64,000 nucleotides of DNA from Octopus sinensis (GCF_006345805.1 NC_043004.1:65658001-65722000); one strand, 5' to 3'. Counted from the stretch's first letter, positions 27,979 through 41,917 are shown. Numbers and translations are program-made. Notes: generated from the sequence alone by a model not told the origin.

Positions 27979-28288
27979 CATATATGCATATCTGTATACG
28001 CAATTTAAACTTGAACTTGCGCAAATAAACAAAAACGCATAAAAGCATATATATATATACATATATAGGTATATATATATATATATATAATGTATATATA
28101 TATATACATATATATGTATATATATATATATAATGTATATATACATATATATGTACATATATATATATATATGTATATAATGTGTATGTATATATGTATA
28201 TATATATGTATGTATATATATTGAAATATCTAATTGATACTGATATGTGCATTAATTATTTATGATTAATATATACACATAAAATTCC

Positions 28289-28327
<39 letters not shown>

Positions 28328-28747
28328 CTTGTGTACATGCTTGTGTGCGTGTGTCTCCGAACGTATACGCGGATGTATTCGTATATATGTGTGTTGTGAG
28401 ATGGCGAAGCAACCGGAACATAACCCTTTGTGAATGTTCAGATTTTATCTGAAGTTTGCCAAAAATAATGTCTAAAAGTAATTGGATTCTCACTAGGGAC
28501 AATCAGAAATATTTTGATCACCCATGCATAATATCATAGGATTGAAAAGAAGCATGGAAATCAGTGAACGTTCACTCTAACACACATGGCACTGTTAGGT
28601 TTAATTCTGTTAATGTGGTTAGGCGCATTATGGGGAGTATTTGCGAACGGGGTGTCCACTCGATGTCAGCTATTTATCTCCATCTTTATTATTTATAATA
28701 TTCATACGTACATATATGTATGCATACATACACACACACATAAACAA

Positions 28748-28788
<41 letters not shown>

Positions 28789-29101
28789 AACATCAATATA
28801 GATATACACATACATACATATATATATATACGAATATATACATATAATAAATATTTACCTATATATACATACATATACACATACATATATATGATACGTA
28901 CATTCATATATATGTTAGCGCGTACATATGTATGTTCTACACACACACACATATATGTGTGTGTGTAAGAAGAAACATATATATATATATACATACAAGA
29001 TATATATATATATATCCTTATGGAGTCAATATATATTCTCTGGTATATATATATCTAATAATATATATATATATATATATTATTATAATATATATATATC
29101 T

Positions 29102-29144
<43 letters not shown>

Positions 29145-29593
29145 TACATATACATACATATACATATATATACGTTTGTGTATATATACAAACATATTAT
29201 ATATATAAGTTAGAAAAAAACGCCTTTTATCAATATAATAATTAATAAATAAATTATAATAACTAAAACGTATATACGTTTTATTTATTATTTTGCACAT
29301 TACATATTCGTCGGTATATTATTGTTTTTTTATATTTAATATTTCTATTATATGTATTTTTCTAGATGGTGTAATTTAATTGTTCATTTTGAATTGATAA
29401 AAGGTCTTTTTTTCTAATTTTTTTACATGTATTATATTTTGTGGAATTTGATTTAGTATATCAAAATTTAATTTTTACCTGTAAGTTAGGAATAATATTC
29501 CTTCAAATTGTTTTATATATATATATATAATATATATATATTAAATACATATACTTATATGTATATATATATATGTATGTATATATTTATGTA

Positions 29594-29634
<41 letters not shown>

Positions 29635-29640
29635 CTGTGT
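26720..29640. repeat. compound (TA)n/(CA)n/(TG)n low-complexity block
   Basis: About 3 kb dominated by interrupted (TA)n; source of the many IY-repeat ORFs. Confidence 0.9.
26817..27163 (+). mobile_element. SINE family A, diverged, centre replaced by (TA)n
   Basis: Head and CORE-like part at 26817-26975; tail ggccgcagtcaaatggctcaaacaaggaaaaga. Confidence 0.75.
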
Positions 29641-30417
29641 CTGTGTGTCTATCTATACGACTGTATAAGTGTATTCCTGTATGTATGTACTTGTTTTAAA
29701 CAAATTCTTCAACACATTTGAGAAGCCTACTCGTCTATTAAGGCAAGAGATGCTAGAATAACATTTCTGTAAGGTAAGGTGAAGGATGTGTAATTCTGAG
29801 CCCATCTGTAAATTTCTATAGAAATTATACAGTTACAATTAATAACGAAGCGCTGTGCACACCGAATTAATCGAACAACAAAACGTTCATATCTGTTACA
29901 GATATTTATCATAAGAAAAGCATATATGTAGTTCTGTCAGCATAGTTGTATGGATTTCATTTAAAATGTCAGTTGATATAACCACCACTCTTCTTACTCA
30001 ATTCGCAGTTTTGAGTTATTTGAGGTGCTTCTAGTTCTGTATGCTTTGAATTTGAGATCAACTGTTTTTGAGGGATGAATTTGTGTCGATGCTGTACTCT
30101 GACTACGCTCACCAAAAATTGCTGATCTTGAGTGTAAATCAGAATATATTTTGCGTTTCTGCATCTTTTCTTTTTAATTGTTTTGCATGTTGGTAATTTT
30201 GCTATATCTATCAATTCCACATGTACTAAAAATAATCAGGAAGAGTTTTGCAACCATGTGGTTTTAATTTCAGCACTTCTTAGCGCACTTCACTTTGGCC
30301 AAGTGTCTCCAACAATAGCGGCAGAGTCCAACCGATGCTGTGTAACCGAGTGTGATAGGCAAAAAATGAATATGTGAATGTGTGAATCGTTGTACACACA
30401 CACAAACATACACCCCC

Positions 30418-30473
<56 letters not shown>

Positions 30474-30839
30474 TAAGTAAGTACATTGATGTAAAACAAA
30501 TTGGAAAATATAGTACTCGAATACCAAAGTTAGAGTAGTATGCTTTTATTAAAGGTGCAAACTTTCGCAAAACTAATACTAAGAGTCCATGTTCCCGTCC
30601 TTCGGTCGACTGTGTTGACGATTCATCAGAACAGTTTTAAGATAATTTTGCAGCGTCAATAAAGCATATATATATATTAAATATATATATATATATATAT
30701 ATATATTTAGTTTGATCAATGTATTACTCTCGATCCCCTGAGCGAATTAACACATATATCAGGTTTTCCGGAGCGCATGGATCTAATAAATGCGAAAACC
30801 TGAAATATATATATATGCACACACACACGCACATATACA

Positions 30840-30891
30840 TATATCTATCCATCTATCTATCTATCTATCCATCTATCTATCTATCTATCTA

Positions 30892-30934
<43 letters not shown>

Positions 30935-30940
30935 CCTATA

Positions 30941-31005
<65 letters not shown>

Positions 31006-31150
31006 GTCTGTCTCTCTGTCTATCTCTCTCTCTATCTATCTATCTTTCTATATATATATATATATGTGTGTGTGTGTGGTGTGTGTGTGTGTGTGTGTGT
31101 GAGAGTGTGTGTGCGTGTGTGTGTGCGTGTGTGTGTGCGTGTTTGTGTGT
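30840..31150 (+). repeat. (TATC)n followed by (TG)n microsatellite
   Basis: Direct reading. Confidence 0.95.
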
Positions 31151-31954
31151 GCCAGCATTCGCGCGCCCTTGTTTTTGTGTGTCTATATGTGTTTCTGTGA
31201 GGATGTATGAACATATCAATCAAAAAATAAAAACGACATACTGTAAAACAAAAAAACCAAAGGAAAAACAAACACACCAAAACAGCGTAGAACAGAAATC
31301 CCTTGAAAAATTTTTAGTCGCATTTTTTTTCGACTTCATTTCTCGAAATCTATGAAACATTCAGTTAGTTTGTCATCGACATCACCAACTTCTCAAAGTA
31401 AATTTCTCCTCCATTTCAACAGACAGACCTCACGTCACAACTCGTTTATACAATTTTGTTTAACATTATTCTGAAACGTATAAAACGTTTAACAAATCCA
31501 AACACATCTTCAAAATTCATTCTGACAAATAACCTCCTCCAAACAGCGTCATACAAGCCCCACAAAGCCGGATATGTTTCGCTCAGCTTCAATGAGCAAT
31601 AGAAATCAACTACATTTATAACGATCATTAATCAGACGGTGTTTATTATGTTAGACGTTACCTGGACTGTTGCCAGCTGACTCTTGTATTCGATATTTGA
31701 AATGTGTGTGTATTTAATTGTGTATCTGTGTGTGTGTATTTAATTGTGTATCTGTGTGTGCGTGTGTCAATAAATCTCGGTATCTGTTCTGAGTTCCTTT
31801 AAGTATGCGTTGGTATGTATGTGCTAAATCGTGCCTGTAGTTATTACGAAGTACATCAATGAGTTTAGTCATACGTTGGTGTTTACAAACATACATGTAT
31901 GCACACACGCACTGGCTTACAGTTACTTATATTCATAAACACACACACACACAC

Positions 31955-32003
<49 letters not shown>

Positions 32004-32148
32004 TCGTAGACGTCACTCGACAGCGAGTGTGACATGATAGCATGTACTATGCTTTCGCTAATTGCTCAGATGTCAATATGATCGCCGCAAACTGACCCCG
32101 GTCTCACACCGTTAGCCTAGTGGAAAATTGAGGATTTGTCGGTCGGAA

Positions 32149-32189
<41 letters not shown>

Positions 32190-32200
32190 GAGAGAGGAGG

Positions 32201-32232
<32 letters not shown>

Positions 32233-32348
32233 AAGAGAGAGAGCGGCAATACTGTGCCGATGCACCTTTTAGCTGCAGTAGACTGAAGTAAAAGGAATGA
32301 AATGTCTTGTTCAATCTATGTGCATGGCACGGAGAAAACTTTCGTATT

Positions 32349-32802
32349 TACTCTCTCTTTACTCTTTTACTTGTTTCACACATTTGACTACGGCCATGCT
32401 GGAGCACCGCCTTTAGTCGAGCAAATTGACCCCAGGACTTATTCTTTTGAAGCTTAGTACTTATTCTATCGGGCTCTTTTACCGAACCGCTAAGTTACGG
32501 GGACGTAAACACACCAGCGTCAGTTGTCAAGCGATGGTGAGGAGGACAAACACAGACACGCAAACATATACACAAACACACACAAACACATACACACGCG
32601 CACACACACACACACATATATATATGTATACATATATACGACAGGATTCTTTTAGTTTCCGTCTATCAAATCCACTCACAAGTCTTTGGTCGGCCCGAGG
32701 CTATAGTAGAAGACATTTGCCCAAGGTGTCACGCATTAGGACTGAACCCGGAACCATATGGTTGGTAAGCAAGCTACTTACCACACAGCCACTCCTGCGC
32801 CT
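32349..32802 (-). mobile_element. SINE family A, full length
   Basis: Reverse complement of family A from the tail (tactcttttacttgtttc) to the head (ccactcctgcgcct). Confidence 0.9.
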
Positions 32803-33041
32803 ATTTGAAGTGAATTACTTGACGTTTCTCTCATAGATGGTACTTAGATGTCTTAAAGTACTGCAACTTTACTCAGATCGTTGAATTTGCTTTATAATCA
32901 TAAAGTGGCGAATACATTATTACGAACTTTCGTCTTTTCGGTGTCGATAAATTAAGTACCAGTTGCATACTGGTGTCGATGTAATCGAGTAGTTCCCTCC
33001 ATAAAATTTGCAGCCTTCTTCATATAGTGGAAAGGATCGTG

Positions 33042-33074
<33 letters not shown>

Positions 33075-33405
33075 GTACACGTGTATAAGCAGAGATACAT
33101 GCATACACGTGTATATATGCACCTAGGCGCGCGTGTCTTTGTGTGTGTGTGACCCAGTAATTAGGGACTTAGAACAGCGATCGTAATGTTGGGGTTTGAT
33201 TTCTGGACTGGATTCTATATTGAGCAAGTCCGTTTAATTCACTTTGCACCCATTTATGTAGCGCTAGTGCGGTGATCTCAGCCTCTGGTATCAGTGGCGT
33301 CAATCTTTGCACGTGACTATATAGACACCTAAAAATGTTAGTAACATGTGGTAGACTCTACAAAACTCTACTTGCATGTGTTGGACAATTATAGTTATAT
33401 TAGTG

Positions 33406-33450
<45 letters not shown>

Positions 33451-33934
33451 ACAAAGTAAAGTTGTAAGATACCGCACGGGTGGAAATATATATGAAGGAA
33501 GGTTTGATAATGCAATTTTAAAGATGTTCATTCACTTGACCGGTTTCACTTTTTTAGAAAAAGATTGTCAAAAGTAAAATGTAAGGCTTTGTATAAGCTT
33601 TGTTGTGTTAAGTACCGGTTGTCACAAAAGTATTAAAATACATATATAAATTCTTTGATAGTAATACGAAAATGTTAAAAACAGTTTACAAGAAAGTATT
33701 TAAGAAAATATTCAACAAAAAAGTTTTTGGGACTTCAATATAAATCATGTTTGTTTGGTAGTATATATATACAGAGAAGGAGATATGTTTAAGAAATTAC
33801 AAAAAATTGGAGAGAAACCAACCTGAGTTTTGGGCATTTTTTCCTATTTTGTGTGTAGCTAAGGAATGCTTGCTATGTTAAGGGACAGTGTGGGAGGTCG
33901 GTTGGGGTGGGGATATATACATATATACTTACAC

Positions 33935-33966
<32 letters not shown>

Positions 33967-34049
33967 GAATGTATCGCTCCATCCTCTCTCTTTCTTTTTC
34001 TCTTTATTTTTCCTTTCCTTTTTCTTCCTCACTATATATATATTCTTTT

Positions 34050-34215
34050 CTTTTATTCTTTTAGTTGCTTCAGTCATTTGACTGCGGCCATGCTGGAACA
34101 CCGCCTTCAGTCGGGCAAGTCGACCCCAGCACGTATTCTTTGTAAGCCTAGTACTTGTTTTATCCGTGTCTTTTGCCGAATCGCTAAAGTAATGGGGACA
34201 TAAACACACCAGCAT
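34050..34215 (-). mobile_element. SINE family A, 3' half
   Basis: ttcagtcatttgactgcggccatgctgg...taaacacaccagcat. Confidence 0.8.
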
Positions 34216-34899
34216 ATATCCCTTTCGCTCTTTTACCCGTCTCATCCTTTCTCTACTTCTTTATTCACCCCCTCTTTCTCTCCCTCTTCCTCCTTTACCC
34301 TCTCGTTGCTCACACGTGACCATCGTCCATCTTTTTTCCACACGTTTTCATCTTTCTTTTCTTCCGGTCTTTTTCACAGACCAGACGTATCTTGTCCGTC
34401 TCCCCTCCTATCTTTTCTCCTGCCAAAGAACGTTCCACAACGTTCGCCACCTTGCCCCGTCTGACTTAGCAGCCCTCACTATTTGTTTCACAGTCCTGTT
34501 TTTGTTACCAGCTTTGACCTTCCTCAAAGTCCCAAATCTTACTTTGGTTTGCAGGAGCAACTGTTTCCTCGGAGGCACATATTGTCGTGAATTGCTCGAA
34601 ATGTGGAGTAGAGAAACAACCGACAACTGATGAAGGGTCGTTCGTTATGTTACTTGCCTTGTTTTCCATTTCTTTCTCTCATTCTTCACAAAAAAGTTGG
34701 TCTTCGCATTTCATGTTGCTTTTCGTATTTCATTTTGATTACATTTGTGACGTCCTGTATGCATGTACATATTTATGCATATACATATATGTATATATGC
34801 CTATATATATATTTTATTTATATTATATATATACTATTATATACATACATATAACATACTACATACATACATACATACATATATATATATATATAATAC

Positions 34900-34985
<86 letters not shown>

Positions 34986-35107
34986 ATATGTATTCCATGA
35001 AAGGAGTCCTTCATAGAAAGCAAATATTTCCTCGGCAAAAAACACAACTCAAACTATGATAAACAACCAGAATTACACAATGGAACAATAACATATCCAT
35101 CATAGAT

Positions 35108-35344
35108 TTGGTGAACAACATAAAACACAAAACGCCATATAAATTAACATTAGTTGTCATTGTGGAGTTTTATCCGTCTATCGGAAAAAAATTATTATTC
35201 AAAACACTGGACTTTGCCAAGAAGTTCATAGTAATCAATCATCGATCAACAAATGGACTTCATTATGTATGCAAAACCCCCCTTCTATTTGGCGACAGTA
35301 GCTCAGGCTTGGTGATAAGAAATGATGTCTTAAAAGTGAAATGA
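35108..35344 (+). pseudogene. Penelope-like retroelement reverse transcriptase fragment
   Basis: IVEFYPSIGKKLLFKTLDFAKKF...CKTPLLF resembles the PLE RT motif DIxxFYPSIxxxLLxxALxFA...RKSLLF (recalled family knowledge; no search run). Confidence 0.65.
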
Positions 35345-35634
35345 TTTGTGTACCATAATAAGTATTAAGGAGGTTATACATGCTGGAACGAATAGACAAA
35401 TTGTCAGCGACATAAAACATAGGAACGATGGGAGAACTAGTTCGCAAAACATGAGACCTATGAACTTTATAAATTTAGGAGAAGCCAACAAAAGTTATTC
35501 AAATAATTCCATCACAAATAAACAACTGAAACCATGGGAGGAATTACTCTTACATAGAATGTAAATTATTTCGTACTCACATACATATATCTACATATAT
35601 ATAATGGAATAATTATTGTGAAGCATTGCGTAGA

Positions 35635-35969
35635 ATATATTGTATAAAGATCGTAGGTACGGCCAAAACAGTATGAAGTAAATGCAAGGTAAATCATAAG
35701 AAAGCAAATATGTGAATTAATGTAGGCTTACCTTGTATTCAATAATTTCGGGGTATGACCCCATTTTCAAGAAATTGACGAATGTTGGCGATGTGCTCAT
35801 ACACACAGGCACATCGGCAGCATTCGTCAATACTTTGAAAATGGGGTCATAACCTGAAATGTTGAATACAAGGTAAGCCTACATTAATTTACATATTTAC
35901 TTTCTTGTGATTTGCCTTGCATTTACTTCGCATAGTTTTAGCCTTACCCACGATCTTTATACAATATAT
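35635..35969. mobile_element. palindromic MITE (~160-bp arms, 12-nt loop)
   Basis: atatattgtataaagatcg...gatgtgc | tcatacacacag | gcacatc...cgatctttatacaatatat. Confidence 0.85.
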
Positions 35970-36019
35970 ATATATATATATATTGTCTATTCGTTCCAGC
36001 ATGTATAATCTCCTTTACA

Positions 36020-36410
36020 AGCGCAGGAGTGGCTGTGTGGTAAGTGGCTTGTTTACCAACCACATCGTTCCTGGTTCAGTCCCACTGCGTGGCACCTTGG
36101 GCAAGTGTCTTCTATTATAGCCTCGGGCATTGTGAGTGGATTTGGTAGACGGAAATTGAAAGAAGCCCGTCGTATATATGTATACATATATATGCGTGTG
36201 TGTGTTTGTGCATCTGTGTTTGTCCCCCTAACATTGCTTGACAACCGATGCTGGTGTGTTTATGTCCCCGTTACTTAGCGCTTCGGCAAAAGAGACCGAT
36301 AGAATAAGTACTGGGTTACAAAAGAATAAGTCCCGGGGTCGAGTTGCTCGATTAAAGGCGGTGCTCCAGTATAGCCGCAGTCAAATGACTGCAACAAGTA
36401 AATTAGTAAA
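36020..36410 (+). mobile_element. SINE family A, full length
   Basis: Same head, body and tail as the other family A copies. Confidence 0.9.
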
Positions 36411-36414
36411 AGCG

Positions 36415-36447
<33 letters not shown>

Positions 36448-36521
36448 CTTTTCTCCTGCCACATATATATATACACATATACACATATATACATATACAC
36501 ATATATATACACACATGTACG

Positions 36522-36603
<82 letters not shown>

Positions 36604-36614
36604 TATGTATACAT

Positions 36615-36666
<52 letters not shown>

Positions 36667-36959
36667 TCGTGAGAGCTTAACACCTCATTGATGGATAAAG
36701 ATTCTTTATTCGTGCTTTCATAGTAGAATTGGTTACATATTAAGGAAATATCTCAACATCTTAACAATGAGGAATGGTGTTATTCTTCGTTTCAACCCAA
36801 AATCAGACCGATGATAGATTTAATACACAAATAAAGGATCGTTTGCCGTCGTTCTCATTCTTCAACATTTACGGAAAATCTCTAAAGACGGACGAATTTT
36901 AATCAAAACTTTTGTCAGTAATATATGCCGGAGGTAATTAAAATTTTCATCTTGTATTT

Positions 36960-37270
36960 AAGTACCTGACTAAGTACCATCCTTCTACGAAGAGGCTTTA
37001 GCAAGAAGTGGATCTTAAGAGATACTGCAATTTGTGCCTACTAAACCGTATCCAAACGTTACTAAGATAAAACTGAAAAGGGAACGTCATCCAATTCAAC
37101 TCATTCTTCAATCTAAAATTTACAACGAATTTAGCATGCTCCTTCATCACAGTCAGTTCTAAGAGAATAGAAATGGCAGACTATTGAAGGCGAGTTCGAA
37201 ATTGAACTACGCCTGTACAAATCACTTAAAGAAAACGTCACAATCAATACGCAACATTCCTATTATCAAG
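36960..37270 (+). pseudogene. Penelope-like element RT C-terminal/linker fragment
   Basis: Frameshifted reading FYEEALARSG...IQFNSFFNLKFTTNLACSF resembles PLE YEEALxKSGY...IWFNPPFSKNVKTNIG. Confidence 0.5.
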
Positions 37271-37319
37271 TAACACACAGAGGCAAATTCATATAACAGC
37301 ACGAGGACAAAACAATCTC

Positions 37320-37683
37320 TTTTCTACTCTAGGCACAAGGCCTGAAATTATTGGGGAGCGGACAGTCGATTAGACCGACTCCAGTACGCAACTGGTACTT
37401 AATTTATCGACCCCGAAAAGATGAAAGGCAAAGTCAACCCCGGCGGAATTTGAACTCAGAACGTAAAGACAGACGAAATACCTATTTCTTTTCTACCCAC
37501 AAGGGCTAAACACAGAGGACAAACAAGGACAAACAAACGGATTAAGTCAATTATATCGAACCCATTGCATAACTGGTACTTATTTAATCGACCTCGAAAT
37601 TTATACTCAGAACGAAGCGGCGGACGAAATACCGCAGAGCATTTCGCCCGGCATGTTAACGATTCTGTCAGCTCACCGCATTA
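37320..37683 (-). mobile_element. SINE family B dimer with 16-bp TSD
   Basis: aggacaaaacaatctc at 37304-37319 and 37684-37699 flanks head-body-tail1-body-tail2. Confidence 0.9.
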
Positions 37684-37781
37684 AGGACAAAACAATCTCG
37701 TTGCACGGAAAGCAACGCTGTCTTGAATTGCACAAGCTAAAGCTCAAGAAGATAAACGTACGCACACACGTACGCACGCAC

Positions 37782-37817
<36 letters not shown>

Positions 37818-38335
37818 TCTGTCACCCCATTGATGCTGATATTCTTCTGTTAATCGTCACTCTTTAGTTGACATTTGTGGGTTGAAAGATATGTATGTTG
37901 CTGCCATCAGTCGTATTTTCTGCCACGAATAAGGGTTGCCTATAATTCTAGACAAAATAGGTTCCGTCCACCATTTAGATTTGCTAATTTCTTTTGTAGA
38001 ATACTGAAAAACTGTCGGTCTTTGGAAACTAAACCATTGCAGTGTCTGCTGTTCACTTTGGATGGTGTGGATGGAATATTTGGCATTACGCAGTGGAGCT
38101 CTTTTCGAGGATCATCATCGATTTCGTTGCCAATGTTTGGTGCATGTTTTCTATATATTTCAGACATATATTACTGCATATATTTCTCGTTTTCACTCTA
38201 GTGAATAGAATTTTATTTTTCCCAGTCTCTCCCAATTGCTGATCTGTATCATTGAGAAAATCGTCTTTGTGTAGTAGACTTTAAACAGTAGTTCCTCTTT
38301 TAAATTGAAACTATATGTTAAATGAGCGTGAATAG

Positions 38336-38395
<60 letters not shown>

Positions 38396-38674
38396 AATTA
38401 ATAAATAAAATGAAACATATGTATATATACATACATATATGTACGTACCTGCCTCTACACGTATATATACATGCATATATGGGTACAGGACACCAAAAAA
38501 AAAATACGTCGAACACAATGAGAATCGAAAACATAAGCACAAAACCAAGGAACAGCGAAAAAATAGAGTACAGGACAAATAATACAAGGAAAATTCCCAT
38601 TCTTCAGTCGCCATGGTTTCATCTACTCTGTGTTTCGAAGGTGAAGGCGAGACGCATCTTCGATTGAAACTTTT

Positions 38675-38834
38675 GCCTGTGTGGTAAGTAGCTTGCTTAC
38701 CAGTCACATGGTTACGGTTTCAGTCCCACTGCGTGGCACATAGGGCAAGGGTCTTCTACTATAGCCTCGGGCCAACCAAAGCCTTGTGAGTGGATTTGGT
38801 AGACGGAAACCGAAAGAAGCCCGTCGTCTATATG

Positions 38835-38891
<57 letters not shown>

Positions 38892-39113
38892 ATGTGTTCG
38901 TTTGTCTGTGTTTGCCCCCCCCCCCCCAACATCGCTTGACGACTGATGCTGGTGCGCTTACGTCCCCGTAACCTAGAGGTTCGGCAAAAGAGACCGATAG
39001 AATAAGTACTAGGTTTCCCAAAAATAAGTCCTGGGGTCGATTTGATTGACTAAAGGCGGTGCTCCAGTATGGCCGCAGTCACATGACTGAAGCAAGTAAA
39101 ATAGTAAAAGAGT
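38675..39113 (+). mobile_element. SINE family A
   Basis: Family A sequence lacking the first ~12 nt. Confidence 0.9.
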
Positions 39114-39146
39114 ATATATATATATATATATTATATATATATATAT

Positions 39147-39559
39147 ATATTGTTATATTACGGAATGGTCATTACCCAGTTTAGCCAAAAAAACACACAC
39201 TATATATTTGGTGATATTTTACTTCAGTGTTATTTATTTTTTACATTAATCTTAATCTTATTTCGGCCAGGGTTCTTTCGTCACACTCCTGTGACCGCAT
39301 CAGTGGTCCTTTGTTTTCTTCTTTCTTATTTGTGTCCTCCTTACTAACCGTCAGCCATTTTGTATTTCTATAGTAAGGAGAGACACAAATAAGAAAGAAG
39401 AAAACAAAGGACCACTGATGCGGTCACAGGAGTGTGACGAAAGAACCCTGGCCGAAATAAGATTAAGATTAATGTTAAAATTAAAAAACACCAAATGTAT
39501 AGTGCGTGTGTTTTTATTGGCTAAACTGGCAAAATGACCATTCCGAAATATAACAATAT
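39147..39559. mobile_element. palindromic MITE (~200-bp arms, 24-nt loop)
   Basis: tattgttatattacggaatggtcatt...ccttacta (to 39346) pairs with tagtaagg...aatgaccattccgaaatataacaata (from 39371). Confidence 0.9.
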
Positions 39560-39618
39560 CTGTTTTAACACACGACTTCACATAAAAAAATCTTGCACAA
39601 CAAATATATATAAAAGCG

Positions 39619-39699
<81 letters not shown>

Positions 39700-39921
39700 C
39701 TAATGAAGGATAAAATTTTTTTCGAAAAAAATTTTTTCCCAAAAAATTTTATCAATGGCCAGCATATTAAAAAATACCTTTAAATGTTAAATTTATAAAC
39801 AATTCCTAAATAATTCTAAAATTCTAAAAATAATTCTAAAAAGTTCCATTATCACCATATCGGACCGATTTCAGGGTTAACAGCCTTCCCTTCCTTTCGT
39901 TTGCCCTTATTTAGGAATTGT
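39700..39921 (-). mobile_element. internally deleted copy of the 6025-6512 foldback element
   Basis: Same termini (aaataagggcaaacgaaa; ttttatcct.catta) and internal accctgaaatcggtccgatatgg; (TA)n on both sides. Confidence 0.8.
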
Positions 39922-39944
39922 ATATATATATATATATATGGATA

Positions 39945-40150
39945 AGGCGGCGAGCTGGCAGAAACGTTAGCACGCCGGGAGAAATGCTTAGCGGTATTTC
40001 GTCTGCCGTTACGTTCTGAGTTCAAATTTCATCCTTTCGGGTCGATAAATTAAGTACCAGTTACACACTGGGGTCGATATAATCGACTTAATCCGTTTGT
40101 CCTTGTTTGTCCTCTCTGTGTTTAGCCCCTTGTGGATAGTAAAGAAATAA
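39945..40150 (+). mobile_element. SINE family B monomer (head-body-tail1)
   Basis: aggcggcgagctggcagaaacgttagcacgccgg...ttagccccttgtggatagtaaagaaata. Confidence 0.9.
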
Positions 40151-41238
40151 TATATGCATGTATACACTCCCGGTCACACACATATATAAACACATTCATA
40201 TAAATACATTCGTGAATAATTGAGTCGTCCTGTAAGTTACTGACCGGTAAGTTATTGCTTTACTGTAGTATAAGATTTCAATATAAAGACAAACTACGAC
40301 AATAATATTCATATATCCCAATCATTATTTTCAAATATATCAAAGAAAAGACATGTAGTAATCGTGCTGAAGCCTTGTAATCTCTTTATTTTCTAAAAAA
40401 AAAACAGCTTTACAATAATTAAAATATTTTTATAGATACCTTATAAGGTAGCTTTTTAAGAAATAATCCTTTGAGACAAACAGGCAGATAAAATATTTCT
40501 ACGCTTCATAATAAATATGTTAATATTCAGAAAATGACGCCTTTCTCCTTTAAAAAGTGTATGATGCAATTATTTCTAGAGTACCATTTCTGTGAAATAT
40601 TCCCTTAGTGGTTTCTAAAAAACGGATGGAATAAAAGATAGAAAACGAAGTAAGGATAAAATAAAAGTATCATGGCTATATGATTTATATCAGAAATTAA
40701 TTCTGGCATTGATATATTTGATATTTTTGAAATTGCATTCGTCATCTTACAGCCAAATTCTATTAGCACACATGGTGTGTATGTGCTTCGAAAATAAATA
40801 GATATATAAATAGGTGGCTGTAGATAAAAGAGTAAACGGACTGTGTAATAGATTAACAAATAGAGTGAGTTATATTAGATTTGATTGATAGATAAAGAGA
40901 TCTATGCTAATAAAATTGCTTCAATGATAGAGGGGGTGGTCGCGATATGCGATACGTGAACAGAGCGTTAGGTGAAATGATTTAGGTTAAATCGAAGAGA
41001 CGGTTACGCCGGCGTATGTGTGTACTTGTGTGTGCTTATGTGTGTGTGTGCGTGTGTGTGTGTCTGTGCAACTGTGTGAGAAAGGGCCTGTATGGACATA
41101 TGTATATTTATATATGAATAAATATGTATGTAAATATATGCATATCTACATATCAATATGTATATATTTATGTATCTAGGTATCTATATACCTATCATTG
41201 TTTCTATATAATATATATATATGGAACAATAGATTACA

Positions 41239-41288
<50 letters not shown>

Positions 41289-41917
41289 AGCTCAGATAAA
41301 ACTTAGTTATGTTTCCACCAGAAATTGGTCCAGGTCATGTCTAACTTAATAGCACCACCTTATAAGATTATCTAAATCCTGTTTAAGTCAAATTTTGTTT
41401 ATGGTCTATTCAAGTAGTGATGTATGCATATATAAACATATATGTGTGTGTCTGTGTATGGATGTATGTTTACGTATGGCAGCGCCTTTAGTCTTACTGG
41501 TCATCGGTCAATACTTGACACTCCACACGTGCGTTATAAAAATATATCTACTTCAGGATAGATAAACATTTTTTTAGATGAAATTATTATGTTTTGCATA
41601 TCTAAAGGCAAAATTATGATTTTATTCTTATACACACAGTTTCATTAAGTGTTGACAAGTATATATATCTACTCTTTCTAACGCACTGGTAAAAACCACT
41701 TCAGATGGATCGTTACAATGCCTGTATAAAAGTAAGATAAAATGTAATAGCAATTCTTTTGATTACTCTACTGGAATTAAATACTTGAATCGATAGGAAA
41801 CGTAAGAATGACAGTTTGATTTCAGTCACGTTAAGTGGCATCTTGGTCGAATTCCTCTTGCTGTAGCGCTGGACCCATCAATTCTCATGGCTAGACGAAA
41901 ACTATAAGAAACCCATC

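Noticed and set aside
30113-30225. 113-nt minus-strand exon candidate (tttttag|TACATG...TTTTTG|gtgagc; HVELIDIAKLPTCKTIKKKRCRNAKYILIYTQDQQFL)
   Set aside because: Canonical splice sites occur by chance at this scale; no homology recognised and no neighbouring exons. Needs RNA-seq.
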